Below, piece after piece: positions 18,073-28,643 of a DNA stretch of 64,000 nt. This DNA is from an uncultured Enterobacteriaceae bacterium (GTDB lineage Bacteria; Desulfobacterota; Binatia; Bin18). The position numbers and the translations under genes were made by a program. The notes beneath the pieces were generated by a model, which saw nothing but the letters and a program-made list of their open reading frames with translations, made no database searches and was not told where the DNA came from. Within the stretch, counting starts at the first letter, position 1. Each line of letters starts with the position of its first letter. The DNA lies in contig CAYTVL010000006.1 of assembly GCA_964441775.1 (NCBI GenBank), positions 9,312 through 73,311 on the forward strand. Direction: 5' to 3'.

Positions 18073-19464
18073 TATCGACCGTCGCGGGAGGGACTCCGTG
18101 AGATTTCCCGGCTCGCTTTTCCCATTATTGCCTCCATGGCATCGGCAACCGTAGCCGGTTTTGTCGACACGTGGATGGTCGCACTGATCGGTACGGCTGA
18201 AGTAGCCGCCGCCATGCCGGCAGGCATCACTGCGTATACGCTCACCGCCTTTCCGTTGGGCATCACCCAATGTGTCAGCACGTTTGCGGCGCAGGCGCTC
18301 GGTCGCGGCAATCCCCGCGCAGGCGCCGCGTACGCCTGGCAAGGGCTGTATCTCAGTCTTGTGGTGGGAGTGTGTAGCTTTTTGTTGTGGCCGACCGCAC
18401 CGTGGTTCTTTTCGTTGTTCGGGCATGAACCGGAAATTGTCGCCCTAGAGGTGATGTATTTTCGCGTGCGTTTATGGGGGGTCGGTCTATCCGTAGCCGT
18501 GGGAGCGCTGAACGGGTTCTTCTATGGCGTGCATCGCCCCCGAGTCCCGTTGTGGGCCATGATCGTTGATAACATTGCGAATGTGGCGTTGTGTTACATT
18601 CTCATCTTTGGCAAGTGGGGCGCACCCGCCCTTGGCCTCAAAGGGGCGGCGCTCGCGTTCGTGCTAAGTTTTGTCGCCCAACTGACCGTACTGTTTGGCG
18701 CCTTCATTTCTTCGCTCAGTCACAAGGAGTTTTCTACCCGCACGGTATGGCGACCAGCGTGGAGGCATCTCCGGCAGTTGTTCCATATCGGTTGGCCGGC
18801 AGGGATGCAGTCCGCTATCGACGTCCTAGGCTGGGGCGTGTTGATCATCCTGCTGGTGGGACGTTTCGGGAAAGAACAACTAGCCGCGAGCAACATCGCC
18901 ATGCAGTATATGACCATTTCCTTCATGCCGGGCATTGGTCTGGCGCAAGCGCTGACGGCATTAGTAGGGCGCTACATCGGCGAGGGCAAGAGCGAGGTGG
19001 CAATCCAACGCGCGTATGAAGGGATGATGCTCGCGCTCGGGTATATGACGCTTATGGGCATCATGTACCTCACCTTCGGAGGACCGTTTATTGCTTTTTT
19101 CAATACAGACCTCAAGGTAATTCAGGCTGGCAAGAACATTCTGATCTGCGCAGCTATTTTCCAACTGTTTGATGCGATGAATTTCACCTTCGCCGGAGCG
19201 TTGCGAGGGGCAGGCGATACGCATTGGACCGCCGGCCTCATTGTCGTGCTGTCCGTGTTTCTGTTCGCTCCACTCAGCCTTGGGGCCGTGATGTATACAG
19301 ATTTACAATCGCTCGGACCGTGGCTGGCTGGGACGGTGTATTCCATCTGTTTGGGCTTAGCGTTTTGGTGGCGCTTTGCGCATGGCGAGTGGCGGAAGAT
19401 AAATATCTTTGCGGCTGGAGAGAAGAAAGCACAGGTAGTGCTTTCTCAAGAAGCGACGGGATAA
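18073..19464 (+). CDS. MATE-family efflux transporter
   Basis: 12-TM protein with the MATE N-terminal 'REISRLAFPIIASMASATVAGFVDTWMV'. The ORF as listed (17815) would overlap the upstream minus-strand gene. The start at ATG 18073 is chosen for that reason. Confidence 0.75.
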   Translation, partial: YRPSREGLREISRLAFPIIASMASATVAGFVDTWMVALIGTAEVAAAMPAGITAYTLTAFPLGITQCVSTFAAQALGRGNPRAGAAYAWQGLYLSLVVGVCSFLLWPTAPWFFSLFGHEPEIVALEVMYFRVRLWGVGLSVAVGALNGFFYGVHRPRVPLWAMIVDNIANVALCYILIFGKWGAPALGLKGAALAFVLSFVAQLTVLFGAFISSLSHKEFSTRTVWRPAWRHLRQLFHIGWPAGMQSAIDVLGWGVLIILLVGRFGKEQLAASNIAMQYMTISFMPGIGLAQALTALVGRYIGEGKSEVAIQRAYEGMMLALGYMTLMGIMYLTFGGPFIAFFNTDLKVIQAGKNILICAAIFQLFDAMNFTFAGALRGAGDTHWTAGLIVVLSVFLFAPLSLGAVMYTDLQSLGPWLAGTVYSICLGLAFWWRFAHGEWRKINIFAAGEKKAQVVLSQEATG

Positions 19465-19550
19465 GGGAGGAAAAAGGAAACGAAAAGGGAAAGAAGATCC
19501 GGCTTGTTTTCCGTTCTACCCTTTTCGTTTTTCTTCTTTTTCCTCTTATA
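19460..19550. terminator. Purine-rich/pyrimidine-rich long imperfect inverted repeat between convergent MATE and di-iron genes
   Basis: GGGAGGAAAAAGGAAACGAAAAGGGAAAGAAG ... CCCTTTTCGTTTTTCTTCTTTTTCCTCTT. Confidence 0.45.
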
Positions 19551-19553
19551 ACT

Positions 19554-20576
19554 TTAGGCGGCGGCTTGCTGTGGCGCGACGATACCCATCGCACTCAACC
19601 GTTCGACGGCGCGGTCGCTCATCAACCCACACCGCGCCATGTTATTCCACAACGACGAGTGAAAGTCTTTTTTGAAGTATTTTCGGAAGAACGTGTACTC
19701 ATTCTTCTGGGCGATTTCGTGCCGCATGTTTTTGATGTCGTCAATATCCGCTTTGCTGAAACCAACCGCCTCATACGCTTCGCGAGGGAATTGACCGCCG
19801 AGTAAACCCGCCGCAGCTTCGCAAGCAAAATCTTCCACCTCTTCCCGTTCTTTTGACGAGAGTTCCGTCATTTGCTCTGGCAGGCTCAGCATCCCGAATC
19901 CCATGTGGCGGGACTCGTCAGCAAGAATACGTTTACAAATTGAACTAATTAACGGGTCCGGACTGTGTTGTTCAAACATACGAAAGAGCGACACGGCCAG
20001 CGTTTCAGCGACGAGCTGCGTGCCCACGGTCTTAAAATACCATTGCGGCATTTCCAGAATGCGGTCGAACAGATTCTTGAGGCTTGCGGTTAACGGATAC
20101 GACACCCCGAGTTTCTCTAACGCGTACCGAGAGAGCACCTCAGAGTGTCGGGCTTCATCGACCACTTGCGTCGCCATGAAAAACTTCGAGTCGATCGTCG
20201 GTAAAATGTTAACCAATTGGCTGCAGACGAGCATGGCGAACTGCTCACCATACATTAATTGGCTGATGCGCCACGCAGAAAAATGTCGGTTGAGTTCCAC
20301 CTGTTGAGCACGGCTGAGGCGTTCCCAATACTTGGTGCCATAGACATCAATTAACCCATCTGGGAGGACGCCACTTTCAGGATTGAAGTCGTTTTCCCAA
20401 TCGATGTCGACTGACGCGTTCCACTGGTCCCGTTTCGCTTTCTCGTAGAGGGACCGCATGTCTTGATCATGGACAGAAAAATCGTTGTTGAAGATGGCAG
20501 GAACCGTAGCGACGATAGTATTGGTCTGCGGGCGCGGCATAACGCAGCTCCTTATTTTGTTACGTGAGAGTTCCAA
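19554..20576 (-). CDS. Ferritin-like di-iron oxygenase (AurF/CmlI-like family)
   Basis: Two E-x-x-H carboxylate/His motifs in predicted helices (DEARHSEV, DESRHMGFG) and further conserved Glu residues. 340 aa. Confidence 0.45.
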   Translation of the reverse strand: MELSRNKIRSCVMPRPQTNTIVATVPAIFNNDFSVHDQDMRSLYEKAKRDQWNASVDIDWENDFNPESGVLPDGLIDVYGTKYWERLSRAQQVELNRHFSAWRISQLMYGEQFAMLVCSQLVNILPTIDSKFFMATQVVDEARHSEVLSRYALEKLGVSYPLTASLKNLFDRILEMPQWYFKTVGTQLVAETLAVSLFRMFEQHSPDPLISSICKRILADESRHMGFGMLSLPEQMTELSSKEREEVEDFACEAAAGLLGGQFPREAYEAVGFSKADIDDIKNMRHEIAQKNEYTFFRKYFKKDFHSSLWNNMARCGLMSDRAVERLSAMGIVAPQQAAA

Positions 20577-20891
20577 TAATGAACGTCTTTGTTTCTACTT
20601 GATTGGAACGGTCGAGTCAAGAGCTTAGTGGCCTTCAACTTTCGGCTTGTTTTTTTCAAGGCATTTTCGATAGTAATCGCTTCAATAATTTCTCGCATCG
20701 TCCAATTGTGTCCCCCAGATCCATAGGCATCCGCTAGCAGTTTCGTTGCATCTCAGTCAAAATCTCTCCAGAATTTTGCGTTGCTGCTGAGTAGTGAGAC
20801 GAGAGAAGCTCTACACCAGTCCCTATCGCACTCGGACCTCACCAACGTCAAGATGATGCTCCCTTGAGCAAAAAGGAAAAGGAGGAGAGCT

Positions 20892-22055
20892 ATGCCGTTG
20901 CCATTGGAGTCTATTCGAGTGATTGATTTGACGCGCGCGCGTTCAGGACCAACGTGCGTCCGTCAGCTTGCTGACATGGGGGCTCAGGTCATTAAGGTCG
21001 AGCAAGTTGATGATGAGGAAGGCGTCAGCCGTCACAATTCTGATTTTCAAAATTTACATCGGAACAAACGCAGCCTGGTGCTCAATCTGAAAGACCCACG
21101 TGGGGCCGCGATCTTAAAACAATTGGCGACGGAAGCGGACGTGTTAGTAGAAAATTACCGACCCGATGTGAAAAAGCGGCTGGGTATTGATTACGAAAGT
21201 TTGCGCTCGCTGAATCCACGCTTGATTTACGCCAGTATCGCGGGGTTTGGTCAAACCGGGCCCTATCAAGGTCGGCCTGGCTACGATCAAATCGCTCAAG
21301 GGATGGGTGGATTGATGAGCATCACCGGCCCTCCTGGCGGAGGACCGTGGCGTGTTGGTATTCCGGTGGCGGACCTGAGCGCTGGACTCCTTGCCGCACA
21401 GGGAATTTTGGTGGCTTTGTTTGAACGTGAACGGTCCGGGGAGGGGCAATGGGTGCACACCTCATTACTTGAAGCGATGATTTCGATGCTGGATTTTCAG
21501 GCTACCCGTTGGCTGATGGACAAAGAAATTCCACCACAGGCAGGCAACGATCACCCCACCGGCATTCCCACCGGAGCGTTCAAAACACGCGACGGTTACA
21601 TGAATATCGCCGCGAGCGGCCAGCATATGTGGCGGAGACTCTGCGAAGCGATCGGCGCGATGGAGTTATTTGATGATTCGCGTTTTTCGTCGCCAGGACG
21701 AAGATCTAAAAATCGCCATGCGCTGAACCCTCTGCTGGAAGAAAAGCTCCAGACGCGAACCACTGCGGAGTGGGTTGAGGCATTAAATACAGCCGGCGTC
21801 CCGAGCGGTCCAATTTTGACTATTGATCAAGTGTTCGCCAACGAACAAGTGCGACATTTGGGTTTGGCCCGCTCCATTCAACATCCGCAACTTGGCAGGA
21901 TTGAAGTTTTGGGACTGCCTGTGACCCTTAGCCGGACTCCCGGCGATGTGCGCACCCCGACACCAGAGAAAGGCGAACATACGGAAGAAATTCTTCGGGA
22001 ATTGGGAATCAGTGTTCTTGAGATTCAACAATTGAGAAAAGAAAAGGTGATCTAA
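20892..22055 (+). CDS. CoA-transferase family III (CaiB/BaiF) protein
   Basis: 'LESIRVIDLTRARSGPTCVRQLADMGAQVIKVE' N-terminal signature. 387 aa. Confidence 0.85.
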   Translation: MPLPLESIRVIDLTRARSGPTCVRQLADMGAQVIKVEQVDDEEGVSRHNSDFQNLHRNKRSLVLNLKDPRGAAILKQLATEADVLVENYRPDVKKRLGIDYESLRSLNPRLIYASIAGFGQTGPYQGRPGYDQIAQGMGGLMSITGPPGGGPWRVGIPVADLSAGLLAAQGILVALFERERSGEGQWVHTSLLEAMISMLDFQATRWLMDKEIPPQAGNDHPTGIPTGAFKTRDGYMNIAASGQHMWRRLCEAIGAMELFDDSRFSSPGRRSKNRHALNPLLEEKLQTRTTAEWVEALNTAGVPSGPILTIDQVFANEQVRHLGLARSIQHPQLGRIEVLGLPVTLSRTPGDVRTPTPEKGEHTEEILRELGISVLEIQQLRKEKVI

Positions 22056-22124
22056 AATTTTCCACTCACACATTCGCCTAAAGGCCGTTGCGCGGTGCGA
22101 GCATCCGGGAACATTCGCACTTCT

Positions 22125-23075
22125 CTAGGCGGTTGCTTGGAGGGCGCGGTCAGGTTCCTCTGACGCGGCGCGCGGCGATTTGCCTTTGAGGAAATCAATA
22201 AATTCCTGGGCAGCCGGGGTAAACCGTCGGCCCCGCTTGGAAATAATACCAAGCGGGCGCATGAGCACTTCGTCCGCGAATTGAATCGCTTTGAGTGTGG
22301 AATTTTTTACTTCTTGCGCAATGGAGGGTTCGGGCACGATCGACACGCCCGAGCCGATCTCAACGACTCGTTTAATCGTTTCTATATTGTCGACTTCCAT
22401 CGCGTAGTGGACTTTGACGCCATGTTTACGGAAAGTGCGGTCAAGCGCTCGACGCGTTGCGACATCACGCTCAAACCCAACAAATTTTTCCCCTTGCAGT
22501 TTCTTGATGGCCACCCGAGACAACTGGGCAAAGGGATGCTGCGGTGAACAGATGAAGACAAGTCGATCCTCGCGGAATGGCGTCACTAAGATCTGCGGAC
22601 GTTTACTAGGATAGGCGACAATACCGATATCGACATCGCTGCGACTGACTTCTTCATAGATTTTATTGGCTCTCGTGTATTCGAGGTGTACAGTCACATC
22701 GGGGAAGGTTTGTAAATACCGCTTAAGCGGCGCCGACAATTCATAAAGCCCGACACTGTAGACGGTTGCGACTCGAACCGTACCGGTCACTGTGCGAGAG
22801 AGTGTTTGTAAAGAATCTTCTATTTCCCTGTATTTTTGGACGATATCCTTCCCAGCTTGATAAAGAACTTGCCCAGCCTGGGTAAGGCGAATATGCCCTT
22901 TTGAGCGCTCCACCAGCTCGCGCCCATAGCGGTCCTCCAAACTGCGCACTTGCTGGCTCACCGCCGATTGAGTGATGAAGTTTTTCGATGCCGCAAGCGA
23001 AAAACTGCCGGTTTCCGCTAGATCACAGAAGACTTTGAGCGTTTCTACGTGCATATTCCCTAATAATATATTCAA
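22125..23075 (-). CDS. LysR-family transcriptional regulator
   Basis: N-terminal HTH 'FSLAASKNFITQSAVSQQVRSLE' and a substrate-binding C-terminal domain. Confidence 0.85.
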   Translation of the reverse strand: MNILLGNMHVETLKVFCDLAETGSFSLAASKNFITQSAVSQQVRSLEDRYGRELVERSKGHIRLTQAGQVLYQAGKDIVQKYREIEDSLQTLSRTVTGTVRVATVYSVGLYELSAPLKRYLQTFPDVTVHLEYTRANKIYEEVSRSDVDIGIVAYPSKRPQILVTPFREDRLVFICSPQHPFAQLSRVAIKKLQGEKFVGFERDVATRRALDRTFRKHGVKVHYAMEVDNIETIKRVVEIGSGVSIVPEPSIAQEVKNSTLKAIQFADEVLMRPLGIISKRGRRFTPAAQEFIDFLKGKSPRAASEEPDRALQATA

Positions 23076-23164
23076 GGATTTTTTTCTTTACTTATAACTA
23101 ATCTTTCGCTATTCTGCCACCTCAATCCACGACGCTGTAATTTCATTCTTAGAGGAGAGCTACT

Positions 23165-23530
23165 ATGTTCGAGCCCGACACCCTCTTGCCGGAGCAGTTT
23201 TTTACCTTGATGGGAAGGAAACCTCTTCAAGGAGAAAAGCGCTTACTCTTGGCTATGCTAGAGGATGCCGTCCATTGTTTCCAGACCTATCTCGCAGCCC
23301 GTAAGCCCCATGAACGTCGCCTTTTTCAAGAGGCGGAAGAATGGATCGATTCCACGGATGCGCAATGGTATTTCTCGTTTGAGAATATCAGCGACATCCT
23401 CGGCATTCATCCTGGCCGCTTGCGGACGGCGTTGAAGCACTGGAAAGAGCAACAACTCCTCCAGCAAACCAACAAGCCGCTGGTCAGCGTCTTGCAAAGC
23501 AGTAAAGATTTTGACCGAATGTCGGCGTAG
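23165..23530 (+). CDS. Hypothetical protein
   Basis: 121-aa ORF with a good start context and no recognisable motifs. Confidence 0.4.
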   Translation: MFEPDTLLPEQFFTLMGRKPLQGEKRLLLAMLEDAVHCFQTYLAARKPHERRLFQEAEEWIDSTDAQWYFSFENISDILGIHPGRLRTALKHWKEQQLLQQTNKPLVSVLQSSKDFDRMSA

Positions 23531-24049
23531 TCATTTTTCACTTCTTTCGTTTTCGCCACGTTCAGTCTTTGGGGGCGCGCCCGCGCCCCAGCCTCAGAAA
23601 AACTCAGCCTTCACAATTTCTCTCTGAACTTCTTTGGAGCAGCTCAATGCTCTCTGCCGAGTCTCGCCTGCACCTTCGCGTGTGTCAGCCTTGCCGCCTT
23701 GAAGCAGTGCTACTCCTTCTTGCAAAGAAGAAATTTCTTTTTGTCACAAGCACGGAGAAGAAAAAGCTCAAAAGACAAGGCAGTCCGCAAGTATGGGAAA
23801 AATGAGAGACACGGTGAAGATTAAGCAAACTAATTCAGAAATGCAAGGAAATTCAACGCGGGTTATATTGCTTCCTGAGAATTCTATTGCTATATTGCGG
23901 CGCAATAAGAATTGAAACAAAAAGGCTCATGGAGAGCCCCTTTTGCATCAAAGAGAATTTCTAATTCACCGCTAGGCCCTCCCCAGCCAAGCGGTGCTCC
24001 AAGGCCTACAGGTTTCCCCTCCTTTACCCTGTAGGCCTTTCCTTTTCTC

Positions 24050-25253
24050 CTACAGGGTAAAAATATGCACGGACGCCACGGCGTTCTCGTCGCCGAGCAC
24101 CCCGCCGCCATTTTCGGTCAACCCGACACGCGCGTCTTGGACTTGACGCTTGCCGGCTTCACCGCGGAGCTGCCAAAAAATCTCGGCGATTTGGGCCACC
24201 CCGGTAGCGCCAACCGGATGCCCCTTCGCCAGCAGTCCACCGCTGGGGTTCACGGGCACGCGCCCACCGAGCGCTGTTACGCCATCGTCGATAAGCTTCC
24301 CGCCTTCGCCAGCCTGACACAGGCCGAGTTCTTCATACACGATCAATTCAGCAGGAGCCGTCGCATCGTGGACCTCAACAACCTGCACGTCTCGCGGTCC
24401 AATGCTCGCCATCGCATACGCTTTTTGCGCCACTTTCGTCACAATGCCTGGCTCGCCTGGATTGTGCTGATCGCTTGATCCTAGAGCTGACGCGCGTACG
24501 AACACCGGTTTTGCCGTCAATTGGCGGGCTTTCTCCGCGCTCGCCACCAGCACGGCGGCGGCGCCATCACCGATCGGTGAGCACATCATGCGCGTGAGCG
24601 GCTCGGCAATCAGCGGTGTGGCTAACACTTCTTCCATCGTGCGCGGGGTTTGATATTGCGCATGCGGATTCAAGCTGCCGTTCGAGTGATTCTTCGCAGC
24701 AATGCGGGCAAACTGTTCTTTCGTTGTGCCATACCGCGCCATGTGTTGACGCGCCAGATTCGCATAATAATCCATGAACACACTGCGCGATTCGCCCGCG
24801 CCGGCGCTCTGTTCTCCGCTCATCTGCCGGGCAAACTCGTCGGCAATCTCCAGATCAATGGCGCTGCCAATGGCCTCGAAAGTTTTTTTCTTGTCAGGAT
24901 GGAAGAGTTTTTCCATGCCGACTGCGAGCACCATGTCGTACATGCCGGATGCTACGTACAACCACGCCAAATGAAAGGCGGTCGAGGCGCTCGCGCAAGC
25001 ATTCTCCGTGTTGATGACCGGAATACCGCCAATACCCATGTCGCGCAAAACTACTTGACCACGAATACATTCTTGACCGGTGATCAATCCCGCCACGGCA
25101 TTCCCCACCGCAGCAGCCTCCACGGCGTCTTTCTCAACACCGGCGGAACGAAGCGCCGCCTCAACCGCTTCGCGCGCAAGGTCTTTCATGCTGCGATCGA
25201 TATGTTTGCCAAAGCGGGTCATGCCCGCGCCCACAACTGCTACTTGTCGCATA
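24050..25253 (-). CDS. Thiolase-family protein (SCP-x-type acetyl-CoA C-acyltransferase)
   Basis: 'MRQVAVVGAGMTRFGK' start and active-site Cys in 'NTENACASASTAF'. The C-terminal 'HP.GATG' motif is also present. The listed ORF's extra 130 N-terminal residues are Ser-rich low complexity, so the start is taken as ATG 25253. Confidence 0.85.
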
Positions 25254-25382
25254 CTGTCCTCCTTCTGCATCCATGATAGGGTGACGCACTGATAGAAAAA
25301 GTGCGATGTCTCCGTTTCCCTGACTGTGGAACGGGGGGCAGTGTAGCAGCTAAGAACAAGAACGGGAAAGAGAGGGAAGAGC

Positions 25383-25622
25383 ATGGAAGATGCGTTAGCG
25401 GTTATCGGCCAGTGGATCGGCCTCATCAAATCAGCAAAATTTGCGATCGGCGAAGTCATTCGTGATTGCGAAGAACGCGTTGCCGCGGGAACCGTCACCA
25501 TGGAAGAAGAGTTCCGAGAGGCGGCGGAGTCAGTCTTTGAGGCGTTGAGCACTCTGGTCGTTCGTCTAGAAGAACAAGAAGAAGCGTTGGAGGAGGACCT
25601 CGAAGAAGAAGAGGAAGAGTAA
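25383..25622 (+). CDS. Small acidic hypothetical protein (poly-Glu C-terminus)
   Basis: 79-aa ORF ending ...EEDLEEEEEE. Intergenic position. Weak call. Confidence 0.3.
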   Translation: MEDALAVIGQWIGLIKSAKFAIGEVIRDCEERVAAGTVTMEEEFREAAESVFEALSTLVVRLEEQEEALEEDLEEEEEE

Positions 25623-25733
25623 GGTGGTAGCCAGAACAAGGTGAAGCAGCATTGCGACAGCTTCTCACGCTTTGCGTGGGAGTGGGGCGTTCATACCAAC
25701 ATCGAGGCTCCATCTCCGCTTCCTTCGTTTTTC

Positions 25734-26762
25734 CTATTTTTGCGGCGGCGGCGCTCCAATCCCTTCGTATCTATCTTGCCACCGGAGGAAGCGGAATCCA
25801 TTCACCCCCTGCCGTTGCACGACGGCGGAAACCCTGCGCGTGATACCGCCCCAACCAAGATAGCCAATACTATCGACAGTCATGACGGTCGGGAAACTCA
25901 AGTTCAGGCCACGCGCATTCCCGCCGTTCGAGAAAAGTCCGGGCAACTCCGTGGCGCTGGTGTCTACCCGCTTACGCACGAGATCGTCAGCCATATCAGG
26001 GTCAACTCCTAAAATGGCGCGGATTACCAACGCATTCGCCGTGAATAAGTTCGGGGCGTTGCCTGCTCCTCCTGCGGAATACACACTAAAGAGATCACGT
26101 AACGCCGGGGAGCCGTCTAGTCCATAAAAAAGCGCGGGCGTGACGCCACGCACGAGTAGCAGTTCATCAAGCGTATCAAAGGGACCATCCTTGGCGGGAT
26201 AGGGAATCCTGCGGGCGAGATAGTCATCGGTTTCGGCGCCGTGCATCCGCACCAACGAATCCGGATCTCGCCAATCAAGAATAGCGTCGGTTAATTCTTC
26301 CGAGAGTTTGACGTCGAATTTCAGATTGACAAAAGCTTGCCGTAACGTCGCCTCATCGACGTGATTCAGATTGATCTTGCCGCTTTCATCCACCACACGC
26401 ACCCAGTAGCCGCCGCCGCCAAATTCTTCATTCTGCCAACGGCCATCGCCGCGCGCCCAGATGTCTTGTTTTTCGTGCTGCACCTCCTTTTGTTGATTCT
26501 CACTCGTGAGCCCGCGTTGCAGCCCAGCCGTGCGCCCCGGTCCGTTGAAAATGGATTGTCCTTGCTGCTGGGCCTGCAAGATTTCATAGAGGGCGCGGTG
26601 GAGACCGGCTAAGGCGAGGTAATAGGTTTCCACTTCCTCGTGGTAGGTTTCCGCAGTCAGCCCCTCGACCCGCATGGTGCGCGCCAATTCAATGGCCAAC
26701 ACCATCAGCACGGTTAACGCCCAGATCACCATAATAAGGACGACGCCGCGCTCATTCTTCAT
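25734..26762 (-). CDS. gspK: Type II secretion / type IV pilus minor pseudopilin GspK-like
   Basis: N-terminal TM helix 'GVVLIMVIWALTVLMVLAIELA', 'INLNHVD' and 'DAILDWRDPD' GspK signatures. Confidence 0.8.
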   Translation of the reverse strand: MKNERGVVLIMVIWALTVLMVLAIELARTMRVEGLTAETYHEEVETYYLALAGLHRALYEILQAQQQGQSIFNGPGRTAGLQRGLTSENQQKEVQHEKQDIWARGDGRWQNEEFGGGGYWVRVVDESGKINLNHVDEATLRQAFVNLKFDVKLSEELTDAILDWRDPDSLVRMHGAETDDYLARRIPYPAKDGPFDTLDELLLVRGVTPALFYGLDGSPALRDLFSVYSAGGAGNAPNLFTANALVIRAILGVDPDMADDLVRKRVDTSATELPGLFSNGGNARGLNLSFPTVMTVDSIGYLGWGGITRRVSAVVQRQGVNGFRFLRWQDRYEGIGAPPPQK

Positions 26763-27568
26763 CGTCTTTGTCCTTCTCCACGCAAACTTCGAGTCCTGCG
26801 CGCCCCTGCTCCTCCCCCTTCCGCTACTCCGAGTAAATCAAGCGGTGGACTCAGCACATAGAGCGGTACTTCAATATGCCATTCATAAGGCAATTCTCCG
26901 AGTCGCGCCTTCCAAGAAAAGCGCACAGCCGTTGGTAAAGATTGTTCCTTCGTACCGTCCCAATGGTCTGTCCACTCAGCTTTGGTTTGAGATTTGACGT
27001 TCCCCGGCAGCGGCCTATTCCCTCCCTGCGGCATATTGCCTGGCTGGGGCACGACTGGTTGCGGCAGGTCGCCGGGTGGTGGAGCCCCACCCCGATATTC
27101 CCACGCGATCTCCTCAACGTTTGGAAGGACTTCAGACTCTTGACGAAGCTCTCCTTCCCGTTTGTTCAATAAATCCTTTGGAAGAGTCGGGGCTGACGTG
27201 CGCACCCACAAACTTCGCCGGCCCTCATGCTCCTTGAGAAAATAAGTAATCTTCTCCAGGCCCCCAACTTCAGGCCGACCTGCTCCTGAGATAAAGCTGA
27301 GTTCCGTGGGCTCGCCGAAAAAGTACACAAACGCGCCCTCTTCACCCTGAAGCGAAAGAGGGTAGGCCGATTTGAGATGACGGGTAATTAACGCCAGCGC
27401 CGCCCGCGCGCGCTGATTTTCATTGCTCCGCGCCTCGCCGTGGGCCGCCGCCCGTGCGCCAATGTTGAGGGCGGTATAAATCATAACCGACACCGCTCCG
27501 ACGATGGTCAGACTGATGATGAGTTCAAGCAGTGTGAACCCGCGCGCACTATTGAAAATTCTGGCCAT
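26759..27568 (-). CDS. gspJ: Minor pseudopilin GspJ-like
   Basis: Prepilin N-terminus 'ARGFTLLELIISLTIVGA'. Start set at the Met before the leader (27568), because the 26759-27655 ORF over-extends into gspI. ATGA overlap with gspK. Confidence 0.7.
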   Translation of the reverse strand: MARIFNSARGFTLLELIISLTIVGAVSVMIYTALNIGARAAAHGEARSNENQRARAALALITRHLKSAYPLSLQGEEGAFVYFFGEPTELSFISGAGRPEVGGLEKITYFLKEHEGRRSLWVRTSAPTLPKDLLNKREGELRQESEVLPNVEEIAWEYRGGAPPPGDLPQPVVPQPGNMPQGGNRPLPGNVKSQTKAEWTDHWDGTKEQSLPTAVRFSWKARLGELPYEWHIEVPLYVLSPPLDLLGVAEGGGAGARRTRSLRGEGQRR

Positions 27569-28019
27569 TGTTCGCTTGCTCGGCTTGGGTACGCAGGGAC
27601 TTAAGGACAAAGGTTTTTGGTCCGTTGTCTTCTTCCCAACGAAGCTGGACTTCAATTTCCTTCAAGTGAAACAGATCGGTCTGGTTCGCACGATTCGGCT
27701 GCAGGCGGGAACGGTCATCATCCGGGTGAAGTTCTTGAATCCGCGCACGCCACATATAGCCGCCGGGAAACTCTCCGTTAGTCTCCCCGTCCTCTAACGT
27801 GGATTGGGCAAACACGCGGTCCATGACGTTTTGCGCATAGATCGCCGCTTGCGTTTGTCGAGAGGATTTCACGCCGATGCGTAAACTGCCGGCAAAAAGT
27901 TCCAGCACGGTCACCAAACCCAAAGCGAGAATAGCGAGGGCCACCATGACTTCAAGCAAAGTAAAACCAGCGGAGCACATTCGACCAGTTTTTATTGATT
28001 CGTCTATGCGACTATTCAT
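27549..28019 (-). CDS. gspI: Minor pseudopilin GspI-like
   Basis: 'GFTLLEVMVALAILALG' class-III signal / N-methylation motif. About 150 aa. Confidence 0.75.
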   Translation of the reverse strand: MNSRIDESIKTGRMCSAGFTLLEVMVALAILALGLVTVLELFAGSLRIGVKSSRQTQAAIYAQNVMDRVFAQSTLEDGETNGEFPGGYMWRARIQELHPDDDRSRLQPNRANQTDLFHLKEIEVQLRWEEDNGPKTFVLKSLRTQAEQANNGQNFQ

Positions 28020-28643
28020 CTATTCGTCTTGAGCAATCGACGCGAGGCCCAGCAGCGGGTCAAGCACCACCACGTATGCCGTCGCTGTCGCACCCCGCTC
28101 CTGCGCGACTCGAATCACGCCGCCAGAGTTTGTCCCATCTGGATAAAAATGAAATTCGACTTGCCCGTTTTCGCGCACCAAGTGGCTCCGCGCCGAGAGG
28201 AATCCACTCTCAGTCGCGACTTCGACCACTCCTCCGCCTCCTTCTCGCCAGTACGTATTTTCTTGAGGATCAACAATCATCACCCCTTCTTGGCCGGACT
28301 GGACGGCTCGCACGCGCATCACATCCGCGGCGGCGCGTAGCTGGACGGCGATGCGGCGGGCATCCGCCCGCAACAAGCGGCTACTGATAGCCGGCCCCAC
28401 TAGGGCCGTGGCCACCGCCATAATGAGAAGGACAAGGACGAGTTCGAGAAGGGTGAAGCCTCTTTTTCCTAAACCGAGATGCAAGAGCTTGACGCCCTCC
28501 GCCCGGACCTGAAATGTCCGAGCTACGAAGTCACGCTGGCTAAAGCCAGCGTGCAAGCCCCCAAGCCCCATTTGATGGGGCGCCGCGCCATAGCCCGGCG
28601 ATTTATTGCCGGGTGAACTCAATCGAAACACGTACTTTTTCAC
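28020..28643 (-). CDS. gspH: Minor pseudopilin GspH/FimT-like (start uncertain)
   Basis: 'KRGFTLLELVLVLLIMAVATALV' prepilin motif. The leader in the listed ORF is unusually long, so the true start is probably internal. Confidence 0.65.
   Translation of the reverse strand: MKKYVFRLSSPGNKSPGYGAAPHQMGLGGLHAGFSQRDFVARTFQVRAEGVKLLHLGLGKRGFTLLELVLVLLIMAVATALVGPAISSRLLRADARRIAVQLRAAADVMRVRAVQSGQEGVMIVDPQENTYWREGGGGVVEVATESGFLSARSHLVRENGQVEFHFYPDGTNSGGVIRVAQERGATATAYVVVLDPLLGLASIAQDE

Noticed and set aside
23569-23805. 78-aa ORF in the AT-rich island
   Set aside because: It reads straight through a hairpin plus T-run terminator-like structure and has no coding-like composition.
24050-25639. 529-aa ORF for the thiolase gene
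   Set aside because: The extra 130 N-terminal residues are Ser-rich low complexity read through the upstream intergenic region. The conserved thiolase N-terminus begins at Met 25253.
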